This document shows positions 1 to 11,920 of a DNA stretch of 64,000 nucleotides, in pieces; the first letter of the stretch is position 1; the number at the start of each line of letters is the position of its first letter. The translations under genes were made by a program, and so were the position numbers. Below the pieces are notes generated by a model. It worked only from the letters and a program-made list of their open reading frames with translations. It did not search any database and was not told the origin of the DNA. This stretch comes from Rebecca billardiae RCC1528. Taxonomy: Eukaryota > Protista > Haptophyta. The DNA is taken from contig OZ251225.1 of assembly GCA_965240325.2 (NCBI GenBank), positions 496,001-560,000 on the forward strand. The letters are read 5' to 3'.

Positions 1-519
1 GGCGCACCAATCACCATGTCCATTGGTTGGCATTCCACTTGAGCCTTTGGTAGTAGGCGTGATCATCCCAGCCACCTCGCACAGCACGGTGTCGTGTGAC
101 ATGCTCATCGATACGACTTCTACGACGGCATACTGACTCTCCCGCATACTGTAGCATTCGGCCCGGACTGCGAATGATGAGTGTCTGAGTGACGACTGAA
201 GTCGAGATAGGTTGATGTCGGAGGGCGGGCGCGCGGGCGGGCGGGGCGAGTAGATCAGTAGAAGGTCTGTATCTCCCGGGATCTCGGCATGAACAAGCGC
301 TTTCGTGGCTTCGGCAAGTCAGCTCGCCGACTCCCCTTGGCTCGCCCGACGCCGGGCGACGCGGGCGCTCGGCTCGCTGGCGAGCGCCCGTGCGGGCGTG
401 CGCGCGCCGCCTCGCGTCGCTTCGCCCAGCTCGCCGCGAGTGCGCAACAAGGCCGCTCGTGGGGGGCCACGCGCAGCGCCTTTGCGACGCCCGCCGGTGC
501 GCGTCGCGGCTGATCGCGG

Positions 520-2851
520 ATGGAGGACGACGAGCCGCATGCGCAGTCGTTTGAGGCGGGCTGCCCCGGCTGCGGCTCGACCCACCGCTTCACCCGGCCC
601 CGGCCAGACGCGACGCGCGTGCAGCTGCGCTGCAAGCAGTGCGCCAAGGACTTTGACGCCGACCTCCCGGCCGAGGACGTGGCGAATGACGAGAGCGACG
701 ATGGCGCTGAGGCGGCGGCGCCGCGTGCGGACACGCCGCGAGTGCCGCCCGGCGACGACACCGACGCCGTCCGCCAGACCTACGCGCTCCGACCCGATCG
801 CACGTTGCGGCATGATCGCATGCTCCGCCAGCGCGCGCCGCCCGCCGCGGTACCGCCCGTTGCGGTCGCGCCGCCGGCCGCCAAGCCGGCGGGTGCGGCG
901 TGTGGCGCGCACCTGGGCAAGTGCGGCCAGCCCGACTGCCTGTCGCGCCGCGTGGGCGCCTCGGCCATCGGCTGGCACCTCGACGTGCTCCGCTCGACGC
1001 CGGGCGCTCGGAGCGGCAGCCCGCAGTGGATGGCCGCCGTCGTCGTCGACTTCGACGCGCGGAGCTGCGCGCACCGGCTGTACTACCCCGCGGCGGAGCA
1101 CGCGAGCCCGTGGTACGAGCCGTCGCGCTGCCTGGGCGCGCCCTCGGTGCGCGTCGTCTCCAAGTCCGCGGGCGCGCGCAGCACGCAGTGGCTGTTTGAC
1201 TGCAGCTGCGGCGTGCGCTTTCAGCCCGCGCACGGCTTCGACGTGGCGGTGGACGAGGCGCTCGGGCAGTGCGCGCAGTGCCTGGCGTGGCTGCACATCG
1301 CGTGCGCGCAGCCGAGCCCCTCGCCGGCGCACGCCGCCGGCGTCGGGGGCGGCGCGCCATCCGCGGCCGCGCTGGGCGCGCGCGCGGGCGGCGCGGCCGC
1401 GGGCGCGCCGCCCGCGCGCAACGGCTTGTCCGCGCCGTCCGCGCCGCCCGCCGCTCTGCTCTGCGCGACGTGCGCGGGTGCGCTGCGCGAGCCGTCGGGC
1501 TCGCGAGCCGGGCGCACGCCGACGCCCGCCCCCACCGCACCGCCGAGCGCCGCGCCGCCACTCTGCCTGCCGGCCTCGGCGCGGCCGCCGCCGTGCGCGT
1601 TCGCGCCCGAGTCGGACTGCATGAGCGACGCCGAGCAACGCGCGGCGCGGCTGGAGGGCGTGGTCGCGCCCGGCGTGCTGCGGCCGCGGCGCGCGGCGCA
1701 CGCGTGCCAGGCGCGGGCGTGCATGTTCGCGAGCGGCGTGTGGGGCCGGCAGCACGGCGAGTGCGCCGTCACGTGCCTCGGCGCCGCGCGCGCCGACGGC
1801 GAGCGCGGCTGCGCGCGCCGCATTCACCTCGCGTGCCTCGTGCGCGAGGCGCTGCTCGCCCAGCGGGAGCTGCAGCTGCGCGCCGGGCTGGCGGAGCGCA
1901 CGGGGATAGAGCTCACGCTGGACGAGTGGACGGCGGCGGGCGGGCTGGTCAGCGCGACGCACGCGCCGCCGCCGGGCGCGTGCCCCGTCTTCCAGTGGCG
2001 GTGCGAGGCGTGCTCGGGCGGCGGCGCGAGGATCAGCCTGATGCGCGCGCTCGCCGCGCCGCGCGACGAGTGCGCGCCCGCCGCCGAGCTGCGCGCCGAC
2101 GGCCCGTGCGGCGTGTGCTACGCGTGCCAGAACCCGTACGTGTACCCGGTCTGCATGCGGCGCACAGACGGTGCGCGCGAGTGCCCGCGCGGCCGCGCCT
2201 GCGCGCGGCGCGCGGGACGCGGCGGCAACGCCGCGGCGGCGCGCGTGACGCGCCCCGCGCGACGCGCGCTCGCGTGCGCGCGCGCGCGCGCGCGCAGGCA
2301 TGTACACCGGGTACGCCGTGCTGATCCCGTACGCCGACCTGCTGCGCTACCGCAAGCGCGCGAGCTGGGCCGCCGCGGCCCCGCCCACCGGCGCCACCGC
2401 CGCCGCCGCCGCCGGGCTGCCCATGGGCCACTCGCACCTGCGCGGCGTCGTGCACTCCGTCCGCGCGGCGGCTGTCGGCGCGGGCGCGGACTCGGCGTCG
2501 GCCGACGCGCAGCGCTCGGCGCGGCAGCGCGCGAAGGCGCACGCGCACGGCGCGCTCGTCGAGGCGACGGTGCACTTCGACGACGGCGCGGTCGCCACGC
2601 TGCCCGAGCGCGACCTGCTCGCGCACGCGCGCCCGCCCAAGCACGGCGTGCTGTTCTACCCGCAGCCCGCGCTGCGCCAGCTCTGCACGCTCGACCCGGC
2701 GGTGCGCGCGAGCGTCTCGCTCGACGCGCGCGCGGTGCGGTGCGCGCTGCGGCACACGAACGCGTACCACCTCCTCGAGGTGCGCCGGGTGCACAAGCGC
2801 ATCGGCGAGCGCACCGTGCCGATGCTCGGCGTGCACGTCGCCGCGGCGGCG

Positions 2852-2882
<31 letters not shown>

Positions 2883-5800
2883 GCGGCGGCGGCAGCGCGC
2901 ACGCCATCAAGCAGGGGCGCGTGATCGGGCTGTATGCGGGCGTGGTGCGCAAGCGCACGGAGACGCTCGACGGGGAGGAGCCGCCCTCGCGCCGCGGCCG
3001 GCGCATCACCGTGCGCGGCGACGCGCCCGTCGACGCCTCGTACCTCTTCGACCTGAACGACGACGTCTGCATCGACGCGAGCGGCACGGCCGCGTCCAAC
3101 ATCACGCGCTACATCAACCACGCCAACACGAGCGCGGAGGCGAACCTGGGCGCGACGCGGCTGGAGGTGGACGGGGAGATCGTCGTGGTGTTCTACGCGC
3201 AGCGCGCGCTGTACTACGGCGAGGAGCTGCTGTACCGCTACGGGCCGTTCTCCTTCCTCGACGCGGTGCACGGCAGCAGCAGCGGCGGCAGCAGCGGCAG
3301 TAGCAGCGAAGGCGAAGGCGAAGGCGAAGGCAGCGAGGGCGGCGACGGCGGCGACGGCGCCGTGGAGGTGGGAGGCAGCGGCGTGGACGAGGCCTCGAGC
3401 GGCAGCGAGCCCGACGGCGCGAAGCGGTCCGAGGAGCCCAGCGACCCGCCCAGCGGCGGCAGTGCTGAGAGCGACTCCGACTCGAGTGACGGCGAGTACA
3501 GGGGCAGTGCGCGAGCGGCCGCGCCCGCGCAGCGCTCGCCGCACTCGCTGCGACGCGGCCGCCGTGCCGCGGCCGCGACCGCCGCCGCGGCCGCCACCGC
3601 CGCCGCGGCCGCCACTGCCACCGCCGCCGCCACTGCCGCCGCCTCCGCCGCCGCCACTGCCGCCGCCTCCGCCGCCGCCGCCGAGGCCGAGCCACGGCTA
3701 GTGCCGGGCGGCGCGTCGGCGCAGCTCGCGGGTGCCGCGCCCGCGCCCGCCTCCGAGCCGCCGCCACCGCTCGCGCGCGCGCCCGCCTCGCAGCTGGCGC
3801 CCCTCGAGCGCGCGCCGGCCGTCGCGCCCGCGCCGCCGCCCGCACCCGACGAGCTCAGCGGCGCGGACGAACAGGCCGCGACCGCGCCGCGGCCCGCGCA
3901 GCCGCAGGGTCAGGGTCAGGGTGGGCTCTGCGCGGAGGCGTGGCAGCCTGCGCGCAGGAGCTCGCGCGCCATCACGCAGACCGAGAAGGGCGCGGGCGTG
4001 GCGGCGCTGAGCACGGCGCGCGCCGCCGCGGCGGCCTCGTCCGAGCCCGCGCCGCGCGCCTCGCCGCGCGCCGCGCAGGGCTCTGCGCAGGGCTCTGCGC
4101 AGGGCGCGCCGCCCAAGCGCGCGCGGTGCGAGTGCGAGGGGTGCGCGCGCGACGACTGCGGCCTGTGCCAGTACTGCCTCGACAAGCCGCGCTTCGGCGG
4201 GCGCAACGCGCTCAAGAAGCGCTGCGTCACGCGCAGGTGCGAGCTCGAGTTCGCTGAGCAGCCGAGCAAGCTGCCTCGGCGGGACGGCGGCGCCGGGGCC
4301 TCGCCGCTCTCGGCGGCGGCGCGCGCGGAGTCCGGCGCGCGCGCGGGCTCGCCGCGCGCCTCGCGACACCCGTCTCGCGTGTGGGGCATCACGCAGCCCT
4401 CGCCCGGCCGGCACGACCGGCGCTGGCTCGCCGCGTGCGGCGGGAGCGGCGGGAGCGGCGGCGCGCGCGGCCGCGGCGGCGGCTCGGCCGCCGCGGCCGC
4501 GCCCGCCGGCCGCCGCGCTCCCAGCGCCGAGCTGGCGGCCATGGCTTCCATCTGCGAGTCGAGCGATGCCTCATCGGACGAGGAGGAGCCCGCGCACCCG
4601 TCCGAGTCGCGCGTCGGCGCCGAGTTCCAGGCGGTGGTGCCGGCGTGGCCCGGCGGGAAGGCGGGCGTCTCGGTGCCGTGCACGCCGCTGCAGGCGGGCA
4701 GCTCGCGCCCGGGCGCGCTGCCGTCTGCCCCCGCCGAGCCCGAGCTGCTGTGGTGCCCCAGCTGGGGCGCGGACGCGGCGGGCGGCGGAGGCGCTGCCGA
4801 CAGCGTCTTGCTGCTGGCGGGACAGCCGCAGCTGCTCGGGGGCGAGGACGCGGCACGCGGCGGCGGCGGCGGCGCGCTCGACGAGCGCGCGCTCAGCGCG
4901 CCGCCGTACCGGCCGCGCGCGCCGGGCGCAACCACGGACGGAGCGCTTGGCTCCGCGGGCGATCGCGCCGGCAGCGCGGCCGCCGAGCTCGGCTCCGAGC
5001 ACGAGTCCAGCGGCGCGCAGCTGCGGCGCATGGGCTCCGACGCGGGTGTGGGCGTCGCGTCGCGCGCGTGGCACTCCGCCCTCGCGGAGGAGGCCAAGCT
5101 GTGCGGCGTCTTTGGCTGCACGCTGCCCGACCGCCACTCCGGGCTGCACCGGCTGGGCGCGACGTCAGGCAAGCGGCAGCGGCGCGCGGTCGAGCACTTC
5201 TCGCCTCCGCCGGGCAAGGGCGGGGGCGAGGGGGCGCTGCGGGCGGGCGGCGGCGCCGACGGGCGCGGGGGCGCCGAGCTGCCCTCGCCCTCGACGCCGG
5301 GGCAGCAGCAGTCCTCGCTCGGCGCGCTCTCCGCCACCGCCATCGCCGCCGCGGCGTGCCGCGCGTGCCAGCTCCCGCCCTCGGCCGCCGCCAGCCCAGC
5401 CGTGCAGCGCATTGGGCTCATCGCACCGCCGCGCGTGCCACAGGGGGTGAGCTTCGAGCCGCGCGTGCGCGTGCGGCCGTGGCGCGCGCTCGCGCCAAGC
5501 GCGCCGGCCGCGCCCGCCCACGCCGCGCCGCGCGCCAGCACGTGGGTCGGTCGCTTCCAGTCGTGGCAGGAGGCGGCGGCGGCGCTCGCCTCGCACGCGC
5601 GCGGCGCGGAGCCGTCGGCGCACCCGGGCGGCGGGCCGCCGCCGCGTGCGCTCGTGCCCGCGCCCGCGCTCGGCCTGCCCACCGCGCCGAGCACGGCCGC
5701 GTTCGCGCCGCCGGGCGGCGCGCTCGCCGAGCCGGGCCGTTACAAGGGCGTGTACGCCCTCGCGCGCCCGGGCAAGCCGACGCGCTTCAAGGCGGAGCTG

Positions 5801-6748
5801 TACCACGGCGGCACCAAGCACGAGCTGGGCGTGCACGGCACCGCGCTCGAGGCGGCGCGCGCGTACGACGTCTGCGCGGCGCGCTTCGGCAAGCCGACCA
5901 ACTTTGGGCCGGGGCTCGGGGGCGGCGGCGGCGCGGGCGCGGCGGGCGGTGCCGCCGCCGACCCCGCGCCGTCGAGCGCGCCGCCGCCGCTCCTCGTCGG
6001 CGCCGAGGGCGAGCAGCTGCCCCCCGACACGTACCTCGTCGAGCGCGTGCTCGGCAAGCGCGTACGCAAGGGACGGCACGGCCCGGAGTACCTCATCAAG
6101 TGGCTGGGGTACGCCGAGGCCGAGGCGACGTGGGAGCCGGTGCGCAACATCTTCAACGACGCGCTGGTGCACGAGTGGGAGGAGAGAGAGGCGGCGCTGA
6201 GGGGCGGCGCGGCCGGCGCGGCGGCGGCGGCGGAGCCGGGCGGCGCCGCGCCGCGCGCCGCCGACGCGGACGCGGACGCGCCGCCCTCCTCCCTCGGCAC
6301 CGCGGCGGGTCGGCGCGCCGCGTTCGGGCCGCTGCTTCAGCGCGCGCGCGCGGCGGCATCGCACGCGCTGCTGCCGCAGCCGCACGCCGGCTCCGTCGCG
6401 GCCGAGCACGGCGCCGCGCTGGCGCACGCGCTGCCGGTGCCGGGCGCGGGCGCGCTCGCGCTGCCCGCGCGCGCCGAGGGCGCCGCCATCGACGCGCACC
6501 GCGCGGACTTTGTCTCGAGGCTCGAGGCGATCGACCGCATCCCGGCGCCGGAGGTGGTGGGCGGCGTGCTCGCCAGCTGCATGCGGCAGCAGCTGCGCCA
6601 GCTCGTCGTCGAGGTGGCGAGCATCACCGACGGCGGCGCCCTCGCGCGCTTCGGCCTGCGGCTGAGCATGCTCCTCGAGATGGCGATGCACGAGCCGCCC
6701 GACCAGCCCGCCGCGAGCGGCGCCGCGGACGGCCGCGGCGAGGCATGA
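520..6748 (+). CDS. Multidomain chromatin protein / putative histone lysine methyltransferase (Zn ribbon, 2 PHD-like fingers, SET, CXXC, ELM2-like, AP2, chromodomain); exons 520-2170 and 2298-6748, ~2033 aa
   Basis: A GT..CAG intron at 2171-2297 joins ORF 520 to ORF 2300 in frame (G|GC then ATG). Motifs: CSC..CAQCLAWLHIAC (PHD); GRVIGLYAG..YLFDL..IDA..NITRYINH..GEELLYRYG (SET, ~2750-3245); CECEGC..DCGLCQYCLDKPRFGG..KKRCVTRRC (CXXC, ~4120-4240); SRVGAEFQAVVP (ELM2); RYKGVY..FKAEL..ELGVHGTALEAARAYD (AP2); YLVERVLGKR..EYLIKWLGY..ATWEP (chromo). Confidence 0.88.
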
Positions 6749-6905
6749 TGACCAGCGCACTGTCATGCGCGCGATCAGGCCGGCGATGGGATTTGTTAGG
6801 ACATGCCGTCAGCAGTGAGCAGACTGCATGGTGCGCAGACGGGCCCACTCGTCCAGTGCCCGAGATGGGGCGTGCGCGGGGTGAGTGACAGTAGTGATGA
6901 GAGTA

Positions 6906-7888
6906 TCTCTTTGTTGGCCGAAGATACGCTAGCGTCCTTCCGACCACAAAATCGCGGAAAACGCCGCAATCGCTTGGTTTTCAGACCTCGGCCCCAGCGG
7001 CAAATGCGTTCAGCGACCTCGAAAACCTTGGGACCCGCTCGGGTTTGGGCGTCAGGTGCCGCAGGCGACCGTCCGACCGCCGGAACCGTCCAAAAGTCGA
7101 AGGACGCTAGCGTATCTTCCTTTTGAGGGTGCCGGTAGTACGCTAGCGCCGGCTATGTTCGAGACCTCAGAGGCTAAGACTTGAGCCAGAGGTGTCCCAG
7201 GAGGTGCCCAACATGATTGACTTAATGGGCAGCAAGCGCCGCGCACGTCAGAGAGCTCCACGACTGACGTTTTGAGAGACACGCTCAGCGACGCGCGGCG
7301 CGGGCTCGTCGTCGGACGACCAACAGCACTGAGGGGTCACGGCGACAGCACACAGGGCGGGCTAGTCGGCGGGACGTGCGGCATTCGCGACTCCATCAAC
7401 CGTTGACGAGCGCGCGGTGGCAGCGGCGCGCTGGTCGCACCTGCAACGCCCTGCTCAGGCACCGCGGCCACCGCGCTGCTGGCCACGCCCACGGCTCGCG
7501 CCGCAGCGGCCGCGCATAGCTTGCACTGGCGCAATTGGCGTGGCGTGCGGCAGCGCGGTGGCACTCGGGGCGATGACGTTGACAATGATAAGTTGCTCCA
7601 TCGCCACAGCCCGCTCGAAGCCCTGCGCCGCGCCGCTTTCCTCCGCCTCACGCCGCGCAGCGCCGCAGTCATCCAAATCACGACCGTCGTCGAGCGCGGT
7701 CGCCTCTGGAGGGCCGTCGTCGGCATCAGAAGAGAAGGTCTCGTCATGTGAGTTGTCGTTGAGGTCCCATGCATCAATCGCGCCCGCGGCCGCCCTCGCG
7801 CGCGCCCCCTACGCGCCGTCAGAGCTCACGCGCGCCGGGGCGCCATCGAAGATACGCTAGCGTATCTTCCCCGCGGCCAACAAAGAGA
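6906..7888. mobile_element. Non-autonomous TIR element (MITE-like) with TA target-site duplication
   Basis: TA|TCTCTTTGTTGGCCG (6904-6920) is the exact reverse complement of CGGCCAACAAAGAGA|TA (7874-7890). A subterminal palindromic motif GAAGATACGCTAGCGT lies at both ends and internally. Confidence 0.8.
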
Positions 7889-7930
7889 TAGACGCAGTAT
7901 TGTACATTTGTAGTCAGTATTCAGCTAGTA

Positions 7931-8455
7931 CAGGCAATAATAATCGCGGGCAATAAGGAGCTACTGTCACGTTAAGAAACTGGGGCTTGCTATCTGCGGA
8001 TCTGGCCTAGAAACTGAGACTAGCGATTGGCTGGTTCGCTATACGCATAGTCACACTAAGAAACCGGGACTACGTCGTCCCGGCTGACGAGTGGTCCGCC
8101 GAGGGCGAGGCGCAGTCAGTCGGCCAGTCGGCCCGTCGGGGACGCGGTGCGCGGCCCGACTACGAGTACAGGCCAAGTCCCGACTTCTCCTGATGACTGA
8201 CTCCTGGCCAGTGCACCGCAGCATCCATGCAACATCATGCCAGATTTGCTCCAAAAAGGCCCAAAAATTTCTTCGGCCTCGCCGGCCGGGCCTAAAGACT
8301 CAGCAGGGGGCTCTGCCCCCCTGCGCCCCCCGCGCCTGCGCGGCGGGCGGACCTAGCTAAGAAACTGAGAATCCGTAGGCGCTCGGGCTACCGAACGGCT
8401 AAGAAACCGAGACTAGCCGTGAGATCTCTGACTTCTTATTGCCCGCGATTGCCTG
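7931..8455. mobile_element. Tc1/mariner-like MITE (CAGGC termini, TA TSD)
   Basis: Left TA|CAGGC-AATAAT-AATCGCGGGCAATAAG; right CTTATTGCCCGCGATT-GCCTG|TA. An internal TAAGAAACYGRGA-like motif recurs about 5 times (~7973, 8009, 8057, 8358, 8400). Confidence 0.78.
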
Positions 8456-9450
8456 TAACCGTATGATAATACAGACAGTAGCTAGGCGCTAGAGCTCTAT
8501 AGTACTAGTAGCTAATATAGTTTGACGACGGAAGCCGCGTCGTCGTACGCGGCGGACTCGTACGAGGCTGGTCATCAACTCCGGCGGCGCGGGACTTACT
8601 ACTCCGCGGCCGCCGCCGTCGAAACAGCCGGAAACTTTTACTTACTACGTACTGTATTGAAGTTGATTGACGAACGATGATCGTGGACATGAATCATGAT
8701 GCTGCCGCTGCTGCGGTGTCAGCCAGTTCGCGGGTGAACCGCGGTACTCGGTCCGCCGGTCAGTCTTTCGCCTGGAGGTTGAATGCTGACGACGAATATA
8801 AGCTCCTCACTCACGAACCAGCGCGGGTACAATAGTCGGTCTAGTACAGCAGTGCCCCCATACTAAAGTTAAAGGGCTACCTGTCGGGCAGCGCCATCGT
8901 GCGACGACGTGCCCACGGCCCACGTGCGCGAGCGCCTTGCGACGTTCCCCGCGACGGGGTCGCCGTCACCGGCCGCTCCGACGCGTTCAATACACCCACG
9001 GGGCCCCTCCAGGTGTATTGAGCGCATTCTACTCGTCGACGGCGCCCACCTCGCCGCGTTGAATGTTGCAACAGAATGTGATTGGAGGCCCATGCACTGG
9101 CCGCGGCACTCGCATGACAGGTCAGCGGCGCCCTGTGGGCAAGCGAGCCAAGAGGCGCAGCGAGTCCGGTGCGGCTGCAGTACAGGCCGAGCGCGAGCGC
9201 CGAGTCGCAGCCGCGCGCGCGCCGCGCCGCTTGGCGCCGGGCTCGCCCGGGGGAGAAGGCGCCGCTGCAGCGCTCCTTCTCCATCACGCGCGATCTTATG
9301 TGGCTCGGCCCTTTTAATGCGGTGAGCTGCGGCGAGCGGCGGCTGAAGAGAGCACGCGGCAGCTCCGCGCTGCTTCGAGCCTGCCCATCTGCGAGCGTGC
9401 CGCCGCAGGATCCGAAGCCCGCCAAGCGGCCGCGCGGCGCAGCCGCGCAC

Positions 9451-11118
9451 ATGGACGAGAACGAGCTCTTCTCGAGCTTTGACGAGCCACCGCGCGCTCG
9501 CCCCTCCGCCGAGCTCGCCAGGCTGCAGGCGGAGAATGCCGAGCTGAAGCAGCAGCTGGCAAGCGCGCGCGCGCACGCAGAGCAGGCAGAGGCAATGCCG
9601 CTCAAGGATGTGCTCGATGCGTACGGCGAGGCGATTTGCACGATCAGCTTCCACGCCGGCGCGAGCCCCGAGCTGCGGAGCTCGCTCGAGCGCATCCTGC
9701 GCACCGCGCGCAGCGTCGATCGCCGCGCGGCCGAGCATGGCACGACCGCGCAGCGCGCGGCATCAGATGGCGGTGCGCCCGACGCGACGGCAACGGTGCA
9801 CTACCAGCAGGCGTACTGCATCGACGTACGCGGCGCGCCGTCGGCGTGGTCCGCGCTGCAGGCCCAAGCCCCCATCGCCTACCACCCGCCGCTCGAGCTG
9901 CCCGAGGGCGAGTCGGTGCTCTTCTCGGCGGCAGAGGTGCGCACCAGGCGCGGCAGGCGCGGCGGCGGCGGCGGCGGCGGGGACAACCGGCGGTATTACG
10001 AGCTGAAGCTGGGCGAGGACGGCAAGGACGCGCTCGCCGGCGCGGACAGCGCTCCCGCCCCCGTGCCCGGCGTGCTCTCGCCCGCACTGATGCTTGCGCT
10101 TGGCATGGAGCCGGGCCGCGCAGCACCGCCGCCATACCTGGGCGCGATGCGCCGGCAGGGCTACCCGCCGGCGTACCAGGTCCTCCGGGAGGAGGGCGGC
10201 GCGGACGGCGCGAAGCCGAAGCCGGGCGCCGGCACGGGCGAGACGGGCGGCGCGGGCATCCCGTCGCTGCTCATGTTCGACTGCGCCGTGGACGACGGCC
10301 ACCGCGTGTGCACGCCCGCAGCGCGCGAGCAGGCGGAGAGGGCGAGCGCGGAGGCCGAGGCCGCGGCGCAGGCCGCGCCGGAGGCCGCCGCGCCGCGCAG
10401 CCCGTCCCCACCGGCAGATCCTCGGCTTCGCGACCCGCGGCGGAGCTCCGCGGCCGCGGCGGCCTCCTTCACCTACTCGCAGCTCGAGCCGCCCCCCGCA
10501 CAGCTGGCCTCGCGCGCCGCGGCCCCGCGCACACAGCCGCTAGAGGATGGCGAGCTCTCGCCAGCCGGCGCACCTCCAGACGCGCCGGCGCCGATCGGCG
10601 CCTCGCGCTCAGCAGCTCGCGAGCCCGCGCGCACGGCGAGCGCCACGGGCCCGCCGCGGCTGGTGCAGCTGTACGAGTACCCTGGGCTGAACGCGCCGCT
10701 GCCTCCGGGCGCGGACGCGCGCGCGTGGGCAGAGCCTGGCGCCTACGGGCAGTATGGCGGGCAGCATGCCGCCGCTGGGCCGATGCGGCGGCCGCCGGCG
10801 CATCGGATGCACGTGCACGCGCCCGGTGGGCCCGCGTACGCCCATCTCGACCAGCCGCCGCCCGAGTCGCAGTACGCACGCCGGCTGCAGCACGACCCGC
10901 GGCTCTCGACGGCGGCGGCGATGCACGGGCTGGCCGCGGCCGCTTACCCGGACCTCCCGCCCATGCCTGCCCCTGGGCAGGCGTGGGGCCCAGCGGCTGG
11001 CCACCTGCCGCCGGTGCCCTTCCCGCCAAACCACCACGGCCAGATGGGCGGGCATCATTACCCTATGCCGCCAGCTCCGCAGTACCCGCTGCCGCCAGGC
11101 ATGCCGCCAAGCCGCTAG
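9451..11118 (+). CDS. ZCCHC8-like PSP (proline-rich spliceosome-associated) domain protein, putative NEXT complex scaffold
   Basis: N-terminal coiled coil (ELARLQAENAELKQQL), PSP signature PGVLSPALMLALGM..PPPYLGAMRRQGYPPAY, and a downstream YPGLNAPLPPGAD..W motif typical of ZCCHC8. First plausible ATG is 9451. Confidence 0.75.
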   Translation: MDENELFSSFDEPPRARPSAELARLQAENAELKQQLASARAHAEQAEAMPLKDVLDAYGEAICTISFHAGASPELRSSLERILRTARSVDRRAAEHGTTAQRAASDGGAPDATATVHYQQAYCIDVRGAPSAWSALQAQAPIAYHPPLELPEGESVLFSAAEVRTRRGRRGGGGGGGDNRRYYELKLGEDGKDALAGADSAPAPVPGVLSPALMLALGMEPGRAAPPPYLGAMRRQGYPPAYQVLREEGGADGAKPKPGAGTGETGGAGIPSLLMFDCAVDDGHRVCTPAAREQAERASAEAEAAAQAAPEAAAPRSPSPPADPRLRDPRRSSAAAAASFTYSQLEPPPAQLASRAAAPRTQPLEDGELSPAGAPPDAPAPIGASRSAAREPARTASATGPPRLVQLYEYPGLNAPLPPGADARAWAEPGAYGQYGGQHAAAGPMRRPPAHRMHVHAPGGPAYAHLDQPPPESQYARRLQHDPRLSTAAAMHGLAAAAYPDLPPMPAPGQAWGPAAGHLPPVPFPPNHHGQMGGHHYPMPPAPQYPLPPGMPPSR

Positions 11119-11920
11119 GCAGTAGGCTTGCCGTGCGGCTCGCAGTGACGGTGCTGGTGCGATTCATCGCATGGATCTCCCTGGGCCGGCTCTGGCTTGA
11201 CCACGAATGTGGCATACGGGCCCGGTGCCGGTGCCAGCGCCTGGCCCTGGGAGACGGGAGTGGGACCACGCTGGCGCCGCCGCGCCGGCCGGCTGAAAGT
11301 CCTGCCGACGGCTGGCGCCGCTCACGCTGGCGGGCACTCACAGACACAGTATAGTCACCCTGGCTCACCGCCTCATTGCGGCTGCGAATCGGCGCGCTCG
11401 AGCGGCGAGCCTCGCGCCGCGCGCCGCGCGACTGCTGACGGCGTGCCGATGAATATTATAATGTCGTAGTAATATTTTAATAATATATATAATTTAATAT
11501 ATAAAAGTCTGTCAATCCGAGTGTTCAACAGCGTCAGCTACTACTAACTACGTGTTACTAGTACTAATTTAAATTTAATACTAGCTTAGTCTGTATTATC
11601 CGCCGCGTTACCTAAATTAAGACAAGACTACTTATATTCATCACTGCTATACTGTCGATCTCGCCTGCCTGCCGCTGTGTCAGTGTGTGCGTCTCTTACT
11701 CTTAGTAATAAACGCGACTGTACGCTTCGACAGCGCGCTGTGCCGCTGTGCGGGGCCTGAGACTGAGTGACGCACCGCAGTCCGCGAGACCGAATCACAG
11801 TCACTATTCTAACAGGCGCGCCGCACAGCCTGATTCAGCAAGTGGCAGAACTCAAACTGCTATACGGTCTTGAGAGTCTACGGATGTGATACATGTATGT
11901 CTGATGACAGATGAGCATCA

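Noticed and set aside
1-250. Possible end of an upstream gene
   Set aside because: Short frames with stops and no recognisable motif
2171-3303. C-terminal part of the 927-aa ORF
   Set aside because: Read-through of the intron into the wrong frame; the SET domain is in the other frame
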